From NCBI GenBank assembly GCA_963663405.2, contig CAXXSM010000112.1, positions 1 through 53,074 of the forward strand: a stretch of DNA of 53,074 nt, given 5' to 3'. Source of the DNA: a bacterium. Lineage in GTDB: Bacteria > Hinthialibacterota > Hinthialibacteria > Hinthialibacterales > Hinthialibacteraceae. The notes under the pieces are model-generated. The model was not told the DNA's origin. It did no database searches and saw only the letters and a list, made by a program, of their open reading frames with translations. Shown here one piece after another: positions 1 through 7,542 of this stretch. Both the position numbers and the translations under genes were made by a program. Position 1 is the first letter of the stretch, and every line of letters begins with the position of its first letter.

Positions 1-200
1 GAACGCGAAATCTTATACTTGTGGCAAATGCTTTGGATGGAAACTCTTTCAATCCATACTTCACGAATGATCTCATAATTTCTGACAATCGGATCGTCCT
101 CCAAGAAATAAGGCGTAGAACTCGCATGCTGAGCCATCCCTTGAGTGACTTTGGCTTGTAAACCCTTGAAATATTCTCTGCATTTCGGTGATAGAATCAT
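1..200 (-). CDS. 5' part of a putative HTH protein (possibly transposase-associated), running off the window edge
   Basis: Manual translation from ATG at 200: MILSPKCREYFKGLQAKVTQGMAQHASSTPYFLEDDPIVRNYEIIREVWIERVSIQSICHKYKISR..., open to base 1; the last residues resemble the start of an HTH; adjacent to the repeat cluster at 211-492. Confidence 0.45.
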   Translation of the reverse strand, partial: MILSPKCREYFKGLQAKVTQGMAQHASSTPYFLEDDPIVRNYEIIREVWIERVSIQSICHKYKISR

Positions 201-210
201 GCCTGAATTA

Positions 211-492
211 TACCATGCTAAACGCAACAAATCAACCCTAAAATTACCATGCTAAACGCACATATTTTGCTGGAAATTTCCCCTTATTTTTCCTGAAATA
301 GGGGAGAAATGGGGATTCTGGATAGTAACAGAGATGACGATTGAAAAGGAAAATACCTATAAACTCTTTCCAGTCAGTATGTTACGCTGAATTTGCACTA
401 TTGTTTAGGTGTATTCAAAAGTAGCATATTTAAAGAATTGCTTAAAATTAATATGTGCGTTTAGCTTGGTAAGTTCCCAGGCTAAACGCACA
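211..492. repeat. Cluster of four copies of the motif (TTA)CCA[TAG]GCTAAACGCA(CATATT)
   Basis: Copies at 211-226 (+), 244-266 (+), 450-472 (-; 22/23 identical to 244-266) and 477-492 (+). Confidence 0.85.
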
Positions 493-690
493 GTAGAGAA
501 GTCTTGCTTAGGCTTTAAAATAGGGGTATTTTGAAATTAACAGATCTTTGCTGGATCAAAAAGTGTCCGGAAAAACTGGGGAGAATGGTCTGTAAATACA
601 CCACTTTATTCAAAAGAGAAAAACATCGGCTATAGATAGAACGTATTCAGGACAAGGCTATCATTTGTCCATGCGAATTACAAGAAAAAT

Positions 691-1812
691 ATGGAGAATG
701 AAGAGAGTCTAATGATTACGCCCCAGTTGATCAGTTACATTGCTCCATCCGCCCCCGCCACGCGCCGTCCAGCGAGCGGAGATGAACCGTTTCTCCGTCC
801 TGAGGTGGGATTTACTCCCCGATGGTTTCATACTGCGTTAGGGATCGATTTCGATAGGGAATGGCATACGAATCCTGCGTACCGCCGCGAAACGATCATC
901 GCCATGCGCAGTGAATTACAGCGCCGCTTTTCCCATACAGGAATTAGCGAGTCTATACCGTTGGATCTCCTGACGGGAACATATGGGGCTTGTGTAGTTG
1001 GAGCGATATATGGTCTTTCTATCCTATATGCAAAAGATCAATGGCCGATTTGCGAACATAAATATTTGACGGATGTGGAAGCCGATCGTTTGACTCCGCC
1101 CGATCTGGATGTTAATCCATTCTTCCAGGAACTAATGGATCAAGCTGAGTGGATCGCAAAAAACGAAGGTCGTATTGAGGGCTTCATCAATTGGCAGGGC
1201 GTTCTCAATAACGCCCACCGTCTGCGCGGTGAAGCGCTTTTCTTCGATCTGATAGAACATCCGGATCGTTGCCGCCGCCTCTTTAGTTGCGTGTGTGAGA
1301 CGATGATCGAAGCGTGTAAACGGCTGCAAAATCGGCAGCGTGAAAGCGGTGTGGAGACCGGATTTTTCACGGTCAGCAATTGTTTGGTGAATATGGTTTC
1401 CCCCGCGCATTATCATGCACTTCTTTTGCCGTTTGACCGGCGCATCGCCGAAGAATTCGGCTGTATTGGAATCCACAACTGCGCATGGAACGCCGATCCC
1501 TACATAGATGATTACGCTTCTATCCCACACCTTAGCTACATCGATATGGGTATGGAATCAGACCTGCCCCGCGCCCGGAACTTGGTTCCCCACGCTCGCC
1601 GCGCCATCATGTATACGCCTATGGATCTAGCCAATAAAGCACTCCGTGATATAAAAACGGATTTGGAACGAATCGCACGCGAGTACGGCCCCTGCGATCT
1701 CGTTTTTGCCGACATTGATGATCACACACCGGATCGGCGTGTTCTGGAAGTGTTAAAAGAATGCGAAACGATTTCTAAAACGTATAGAAAGGGAACATAT
1801 CGCAATCCGTAA
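691..1812 (+). CDS. Uroporphyrinogen decarboxylase / methylcobamide methyltransferase (URO-D) superfamily protein
   Basis: 373-aa ORF; GVLNNAHRLRGEALFFDL, VSPAHY..LLPFD and IHNC motifs typical of the URO-D fold; start may be 712. Confidence 0.65.
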   Translation: MENEESLMITPQLISYIAPSAPATRRPASGDEPFLRPEVGFTPRWFHTALGIDFDREWHTNPAYRRETIIAMRSELQRRFSHTGISESIPLDLLTGTYGACVVGAIYGLSILYAKDQWPICEHKYLTDVEADRLTPPDLDVNPFFQELMDQAEWIAKNEGRIEGFINWQGVLNNAHRLRGEALFFDLIEHPDRCRRLFSCVCETMIEACKRLQNRQRESGVETGFFTVSNCLVNMVSPAHYHALLLPFDRRIAEEFGCIGIHNCAWNADPYIDDYASIPHLSYIDMGMESDLPRARNLVPHARRAIMYTPMDLANKALRDIKTDLERIAREYGPCDLVFADIDDHTPDRRVLEVLKECETISKTYRKGTYRNP

Positions 1813-1944
1813 ATACAAGGTCTTAATTGTAAAACTTTCTCCTCTGACCTCTTGGTTGTTCGAGAGGTGATCTCACACCGATTGTTCAATCATACACATC
1901 CCAGCTGATTATATTCGAAATTCTGCAAATCTTCATCTCCTGTC

Positions 1945-1972
1945 TTGACACGCTTTTAAAGTTAAGTAATAT
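1945..1972 (+). promoter_or_regulatory. Putative sigma70 promoter of the prepilin-like operon
   Basis: TTGACA (1945-1950), 16-bp spacer, TAATAT; 46 bp upstream of ATG 2019. Confidence 0.4.
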
Positions 1973-2341
1973 GATTTTAAAATTCGTAATACACTATTTT
2001 TTTTATTGGTAAGGCGTCATGCCGCAGTTACACTCCAGTTTTACACTCATAGAACTTCTTATCGTTGTCGCCATTATTGGAGTTTTAGCCGCGATCGCTG
2101 TGCCAAATTTCTTAAATGCTCGGATGCGAGCGCTTGTTACGCGCGCCCAGGCGGATTTAAAAAACTGCTCAACTGCGATTGAACAATACGCGTTAGAATA
2201 TGGTCACTATCCCTGTTATCGAAATCCGTTGGACGAGGTCACTGCGCTGAGTGGCGCGGCGGTAACCTATTTACCGATCAATCTCACTACACCGGTCTCC
2301 TACCTCTCTCAGCTGCCGCTAGATCCGTTCCCACCTCAATT

Positions 2342-4057
2342 TCAGGCCTCCTGATCTGGGGGATATTGATCTGACACCAATTGGTAAACGAGACGTAGAT
2401 TCGTGCCAGGATAAGTGGTTTCGGTTTCATTCAATTGAGCGGCCAAATGACGGGCGGCTTGATCGGACAAGCGGTTGGTCAAGTGATGGAGCCGAATCGT
2501 GAGAATCTCTTTTTCTTCATCGGGAATCAGATCCGCCTCGGTGGTCATGATTTCCCGCGCCAACGAACGCGCATCATCCCCCCGGCTTAACACTTCCCTC
2601 AACACAGACACCATCGCCGTTTCCGCCCGATACGCAATCATTCGAATCGTATCCATGAATTGTTTCTTCGCTGGAGCCAATTGGTGAAATTTTGCCTCCT
2701 CTGGCAAGTCCACAAACGCGATATGCTTTTTCGTTTGCTTCCGGCTCCGCTTGAACTCATCGAGTTGTTTCTCCATCCCTCCGATCTCTTCAAGGAGGGC
2801 GCCTTTCTGGATTTCATAGCATTCGATCTCTTTCGGATCGGAGGATTCCTTTAGGACAAGGGCGCCGAATTCCGCTTGCTTTCGAGTCTTTTTCCCCGCC
2901 AGGCTTTTGATCTGACTTTCCAATTTCCGGTAGGCCGGATTCACCACCTTCATCGTCTCATCCGGCAAGACCGTTTCATACCCGATAAGTCCATCTAAAT
3001 GATAGTGTTCCATCATGTAGCGGAAGAAGTTTTCCTGACACCAACGTGAGAACATATGGGCCGCTATTTGACTTACATCTGATGTATAATCCGTACTGAT
3101 CACAGCGGTTTGATGCCCCGTATCCCCCAACTTGCGAATCTCCCGCAGCCAGATTCTCCCTCCCAGAAAGACGCCTCTCTCAGCCAAGCGCATTGGCGAT
3201 TCATGCACACCAGGCAGACGCACATTCACTGTCTCGAATTCTGAAACTGGCCAATCTTCTCCCTGAAACTTGCGGTACGTTTGACAGGCGATCCGCGAAT
3301 CCCACATCTGAGCGAAGAACTCAGGGCTATAGCCTTCCCGGTCGAACACCAGGATGAACCGGTGGAAATAAGGATTGGATTCGAGGGTTTCGGCTGTGGG
3401 TTGATGGGGAACGTCTTGGAGCAACTGCGGGACTATGTCCCGTTTGAGCATATCCAACAAGCCGGTGGTGAATGGAGTGCTCACCACAAAAAAGGGGCGG
3501 CCTTCCTGGTCGTTCACCCAATAGTCGGTAAGTCCACGCAAACATAATCGTTGACGCGCGACATAGCGGCGGGGCAGTTTCGTTTGCGAACCGTGATAGA
3601 CGCGGACATGACCATCGACATATAAAACGCCCGCCGCGTCCGGATCCGCCTCCATCCACTCCCGGGACAATTCGTCCCCCCATTCTTTGATCTGGTCTGG
3701 TTGGGCGAGAATTTTGATTTTTTCCCGCAGGGTCCGCACTTCGGGAATTCGATCTAAGCCCAGTAACTTGCCCCCTTCCCCCGCGGGATGATAGCGCAAC
3801 TGTTCTGGCGTTTTGATCCGCGTCAACGCCATGAAAGCCAACACAATAAAAATGTGGACGCAACTGTAAAATCCTTTGGGGAGAGAAAAGTTCTTCGAGA
3901 CATTCTTCAGCAGCCCGTTGGCGAGTAACGCGGGCATCGCCCATAACACGCCGCCTTGCGCCACATCCAATTCCGTCTCGAAACGAGTCGGGGCTTCCTC
4001 CAACTGCCCGGTCGCCGCGCAGACCCGCTCCACCATTCGCGTACAGCCCATCCCCAT
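2342..4057 (-). CDS. IS orfB, DDE transposase catalytic part
   Basis: LYVDGH, LVFDREGYS and MFSRWCQENFF (IS4-clan RW..E motif); the frame stays open upstream to the A8 run at 4118-4125. Confidence 0.85.
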   Translation of the reverse strand: MGMGCTRMVERVCAATGQLEEAPTRFETELDVAQGGVLWAMPALLANGLLKNVSKNFSLPKGFYSCVHIFIVLAFMALTRIKTPEQLRYHPAGEGGKLLGLDRIPEVRTLREKIKILAQPDQIKEWGDELSREWMEADPDAAGVLYVDGHVRVYHGSQTKLPRRYVARQRLCLRGLTDYWVNDQEGRPFFVVSTPFTTGLLDMLKRDIVPQLLQDVPHQPTAETLESNPYFHRFILVFDREGYSPEFFAQMWDSRIACQTYRKFQGEDWPVSEFETVNVRLPGVHESPMRLAERGVFLGGRIWLREIRKLGDTGHQTAVISTDYTSDVSQIAAHMFSRWCQENFFRYMMEHYHLDGLIGYETVLPDETMKVVNPAYRKLESQIKSLAGKKTRKQAEFGALVLKESSDPKEIECYEIQKGALLEEIGGMEKQLDEFKRSRKQTKKHIAFVDLPEEAKFHQLAPAKKQFMDTIRMIAYRAETAMVSVLREVLSRGDDARSLAREIMTTEADLIPDEEKEILTIRLHHLTNRLSDQAARHLAAQLNETETTYPGTNLRLVYQLVSDQYPPDQEA

Positions 4058-4678
4058 CGCCGCTTGGCTGTCTTCTACGCTTCGCTCGCTTTTCGGGCGG
4101 CCTCCGGTCCGGCATCGTTTTTTTTAGCGGCTCCACCAGGCGGCCGGCTTGGATCGCCTTATTCAACGTATTCCGCTTAAGGCCCAACTGATCGGCGATC
4201 TCCGCTCGAGAGAGCCCCTCGTTCAAGAACTCTTGCGCTTGCTGGAGGACGTCTTTTGTCAAGACATGCGCGCCTCGCGTTCGAGGCGTTTCAAAAAACG
4301 CCGCCGCTCCGCCTTTCCGGTATTTCTTGACCCACCGCTTCACGCTGATCGCGCTCACGCCAAACGCTCGGACAATCTCCATTTGCGTGCATTGCCCGTT
4401 CACGACAAACTGACTGGTAATCAAACGGAAACTCTTTTGATCGGTTTCTGGATGCGTGTAAATAGGAAAGGCGCCATGAAAATAATAGACCGAACCGTCC
4501 TGCTTCCGGTACGAGAGTACATCGGTGATGTAGCCTTCCTCGACATCGGCAAAGTGGGGTAAGAATTCTTGCGGCATCAACTGGGCTCCTTTTTGGATCG
4601 ATCGTTTTTATCCCCAAAAAGGTATCTTGCCAAAATCATCAACTCTACGGAATCCCCCGGCCCAGCTCAGGAGGTCTG
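2343..4678 (-). mobile_element. Insertion sequence (2336 bp) with IS4-clan-like DDE transposase, family unassigned
   Basis: Terminal IRs CAGGCCTCCTGATCTGGG / CAGACCTCCTGAGCTGGG (16/18); 5-bp TSD AATTT (2338-2342, 4679-4683). An alternative boundary, 2342-4679 with TSD ATT, also fits. Confidence 0.9.
4118..4580 (-). CDS. IS orfA, HTH DNA-binding part of the transposase
   Basis: HTH-like segments (QMEIVRAFGVSAISVKRWVKKY; RAEIADQLGLKRNTLNKAI) ending at PLKK on an A8 run; the remainder of the listed ORF overlaps orfB out of frame. Confidence 0.75.
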
Positions 4679-4972
4679 AATTTTTAGAAGACAGCGATGC
4701 AGATACAAGGCTTAAGCCATACAAATATGTTCATGGATACGATCAAATTTATAAAAATCAGCAATTTATTGGAGAGCACATCCGCATCCATTTTCATAAT
4801 TTTTCTGGAATCAACGCAGGGGTGATGTGGCAGACATGGTCTCTGGGACCTGACCGTGTCGTGGCTCATGATGGAGTCCCTTATCATATGAGCAATGGGA
4901 TTTTCAGTTACGGTGATATCTCACGTTTTGGTCCCTAATCACCCACTGGAATAGAATCTTAGAAGGAGAAAC

Positions 4973-5866
4973 ATGACTGCGCTGGTACGATTATCAAAGA
5001 AATGGAGCGCCGTCTTCCTGGCGGTTCTTCTATTGATCGTAATTCCACTCGACATCCGTTCTCACAGTGTATGGACGCAGCGAAACGAGCCGGGATCGTG
5101 GACCATTGCTCTGTACCATTGTGATGATGAAGAGATTGAAGAAGGCTCGTTTGTGCTCAGCGCCGATGGAAACGAATCACTGCATCTTGTCATTGGCTCA
5201 GCCAGTGAAGATTCAATGGGCTACTCGGACAATGTCAAGCATAATTTTTTACTAAGGTCACTGATTGGGTACTCAGAACAGCATTGTATCGCGAGTGGAG
5301 AGATTACTCATCCAACGGGTGATTTATCCATCGAGTTCTGGCTCCGTTTTATCGAACGCGGCGCGGATCTAGAAATTGGATTGTTGGAAGGCGTCACATT
5401 CCGGATTCGCATTGGTGATGAAGGAGACCGGTTTCAGCTTATGGGGGCAAATGTCACGGACGTTGACATCATGGATTACTGCGCGCCGGGATTTGAGAGT
5501 TTTCCCCCTGTTGGGAGTTGGCATCATTATGGGGTGACTCTCCATGCTCCGAATGTAGAACTAACGGAGACTGGGAATTACCGTTATGGCGATGGGTGTT
5601 ATGCCAGGTTTTATTACGATAGCCATGTTGTTGGTTTCGTCGATCAGACGAAGCAGGACCTAACTGGCTTGGAATTCGCTCCATTTGTAAAACCCGCCAT
5701 TCTCATCCACCACGGAACCATGTCGTTTGATGAGGTCATGGTAAGCGATGTGGATTGGAGCGATCCGGTTGGGCATGAAGGCAGTGGGCATGGGGGCATT
5801 AGCGTCGAACACGCGTTTGAAAATGGCAGGCAACCCGTCGCTGTTTCGAATTGGGATTTGTTTTAA
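4973..5866 (+). CDS. Secreted protein with LamG/concanavalin-like beta-sandwich and C-terminal W-tail
   Basis: Signal peptide; TIALYHCD, LSIEFW, GSWHHYGVT, FDEVMVSD motifs resemble LamG-like domains; RBS AAGGAG; ends PVAVSNWDLF. Confidence 0.6.
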   Translation: MTALVRLSKKWSAVFLAVLLLIVIPLDIRSHSVWTQRNEPGSWTIALYHCDDEEIEEGSFVLSADGNESLHLVIGSASEDSMGYSDNVKHNFLLRSLIGYSEQHCIASGEITHPTGDLSIEFWLRFIERGADLEIGLLEGVTFRIRIGDEGDRFQLMGANVTDVDIMDYCAPGFESFPPVGSWHHYGVTLHAPNVELTETGNYRYGDGCYARFYYDSHVVGFVDQTKQDLTGLEFAPFVKPAILIHHGTMSFDEVMVSDVDWSDPVGHEGSGHGGISVEHAFENGRQPVAVSNWDLF

Positions 5867-6072
5867 ACACAGAGATTATAAGGTAATGCGGATATTCATT
5901 GTCCGTTTTGAATAAATCATTTGTTTTCATTTTATTTTCGCGCACGGGGAAGCGCGGCGTCACATGAGAAATTGAATCATGAAAGGAAGGCGTGGATTCT
6001 TCCAAGTTGTTTCTATGGAACGGCTTGCAAGGAATCACGGCTTCAATATTTTTTAAAAAGGAGAGAAAAACG

Positions 6073-6891
6073 ATGAAAAAACGATGTCTCGTAATAAGCG
6101 CCATTATAATGGCGGGAATGGTTCAATCCGTGTGCGCGCATTTCCCGATGTTGATTCATGATGCGCCTTTTGCCAGCGTCAATCAAATCGTCAACCTGAT
6201 GTTCGCAGTGGGTCACCCCTACGAACAGGAATATGCAAATCCAGCTAAGCCGGAAAAAGTGACAGCAATATTTCCGGATGGCCAGATCGTGGACCTAACG
6301 GATACCTTGTCTCAAGGAACCTATACCGTCGATGAACTGACCGCGAATATTTACGAATTCACGTTCAAACCCGAAGAGCCTGGTGACTTTATCATCGCGC
6401 TGGATTCGGAGCCGGAATTTGGCCTAAACAATACGCTCCTTCAGGAATACTTAAAAATCTGCGTGCATGCGGAAGAACAAGGCGGATGGGATCAACGCAC
6501 GGGTCAACCCATTGAAATCATGCCACTCACCCGGCCCTATGGAATCGAGGAAGGCTATGTCTTCACCGGTCAGGTCCTGAAAGGGGATGAGCCACTGGCG
6601 GGCGTAGAGGTTGAAATCGAACAATTTCTAACTCACGTGCCGGCTTTGGAAGATCTGCCGCCTGAACCATTAATCACCAAAGTAGTAAAAACAGATGCGA
6701 ACGGTGTCTTCTCCCAAACGCTTCCACATCCCGGGTGGTGGATCGCGGCGGCGTCCGTCGAAGACGCGGGTGAAGTGACGAAAGATGGCGGAACGTATAC
6801 TCTTAGCGGTTTGGCGGGGATTTGGATTCATGTCGAAGAAACCTTCATTCAACAGTTTCCTTCGGGAGTCCGGAATTGGCAGAGCCGCTAG
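6073..6891 (+). CDS. DUF4198-family (NikM-like, putative Ni/Co-transport-associated) exported protein with C-terminal W-tail
   Basis: Signal peptide ending CA|HF, GHPYE, GQPIEIMPLTRPYG, VKTDANGVF, PGWW motifs; ends PSGVRNWQSR. Confidence 0.75.
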   Translation: MKKRCLVISAIIMAGMVQSVCAHFPMLIHDAPFASVNQIVNLMFAVGHPYEQEYANPAKPEKVTAIFPDGQIVDLTDTLSQGTYTVDELTANIYEFTFKPEEPGDFIIALDSEPEFGLNNTLLQEYLKICVHAEEQGGWDQRTGQPIEIMPLTRPYGIEEGYVFTGQVLKGDEPLAGVEVEIEQFLTHVPALEDLPPEPLITKVVKTDANGVFSQTLPHPGWWIAAASVEDAGEVTKDGGTYTLSGLAGIWIHVEETFIQQFPSGVRNWQSR

Positions 6892-6923
6892 TGAATTAAA
6901 TAGATTGTGTGATGCAACATGCC

Positions 6924-6966
6924 CGTGGGAAGCGCAAATTCCCCAGCGTTTCCCACGACTTTTTTC
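6924..6966 (+). terminator. Probable intrinsic terminator
   Basis: GTGGGAAGCGC ... GCGTTTCCCAC stem followed shortly by a T-run, downstream of the DUF4198 gene. Confidence 0.6.
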
Positions 6967-7085
6967 CCTCTCATAACATCTCTCTTACATCGATCGATCC
7001 CTCCTGTGGATTCTCAATAGAAATCATTCTATACCGGCGCGCTGGAATATCAGAATCATTTTTTTTGAAAAAAGTAAAAAAAGGC

Positions 7086-7121
7086 TTGACACCCAAAACG
7101 TCTAGGACTATAGTTATAGAC
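7086..7121 (+). promoter_or_regulatory. Sigma70 promoter with an overlapping palindromic operator (probable BlaI-family binding site)
   Basis: TTGACA (7086-7091)-N17-TATAGT (7109-7114); dyad GTCTAGGACTATAGTTATAGAC (7100-7121, 9/11 pairs) covers the -10. Confidence 0.7.
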
Positions 7122-7146
7122 AGAACGGTAAAGAAAGGAAACTCTC

Positions 7147-7542
7147 ATGCGAAAAAAACCGCCGGAACCGTTAACGCCCGCTGAATGGAACATCATGAAA
7201 ATCATCTGGGAATTGAAATCCGCCGGTTCAAGAGAAATTTTCGAAATCGCCGGCAATCGGCACGATTGGGCGATCACGACCGTCAAGACGATCCTCGCCA
7301 ATTTGGTGGAGAAGAAAATTCTCAAAACGAAAGTCACGGGGAATAAATATATCTACAGCCCCACCAAACCAGCGTTCAAAATGCTCGCTCAGGCCGCCGA
7401 TACGCTGATGGATCGAAGCGTGAGCGATCTGAAGGGTAAACTCCTTTGCTATATGGTGGGGAAAACCAGGCTCTCGAAAAGTGAGATCGATGAATTGCAG
7501 AATTTGATTGACGAACAAAAAGAAAAGGAAAAAGAATCATGA
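7147..7542 (+). CDS. BlaI/MecI/CopY family transcriptional repressor
   Basis: LTPAEWNIMKIIW, WAITTVKTILANLVEK, YIYSP, LSKSEIDEL motifs; ATGA overlap with the next gene. Confidence 0.92.
   Translation: MRKKPPEPLTPAEWNIMKIIWELKSAGSREIFEIAGNRHDWAITTVKTILANLVEKKILKTKVTGNKYIYSPTKPAFKMLAQAADTLMDRSVSDLKGKLLCYMVGKTRLSKSEIDELQNLIDEQKEKEKES

Larger units (their letters stand above)
2019..4938 (+). pseudogene. Type II secretion GspG-like / type IV prepilin-like protein interrupted by an IS
   Basis: N-terminal methylation motif FTLIELLIVVAIIG..AVPNF; removing 2343-4678 and one AATTT copy restores a 192-aa frame (...DPFPPQF|LEDSDAD...SNGIFSYGDISRFGP*) whose C-terminus matches the paralog at 23394-23951. 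Confidence 0.9.

Noticed and set aside
560-592. GTGTCCGGAAAAACTGGGGAGAAT resembling an IS3-type terminal repeat
   Set aside because: No partner IR, correct terminus or transposase visible in the window
1931-1950. TCCTGTCTTGACA identical to part of the IS3 right IR
   Set aside because: Only 13 bp, lacks the GGGGTACA terminus, and is adequately explained as a -35 box
3327-4117. C-terminal ~260 aa of the 417-aa ORF
   Set aside because: Arg/Gly/Pro-rich shadow of the transposase in another frame; only the HTH part up to the A8 run looks real
5870-6070. Possible cobalamin or Ni/Co riboswitch upstream of the DUF4198 gene
   Set aside because: Only a short GGGAAG-containing hairpin; I could not find the conserved core elements
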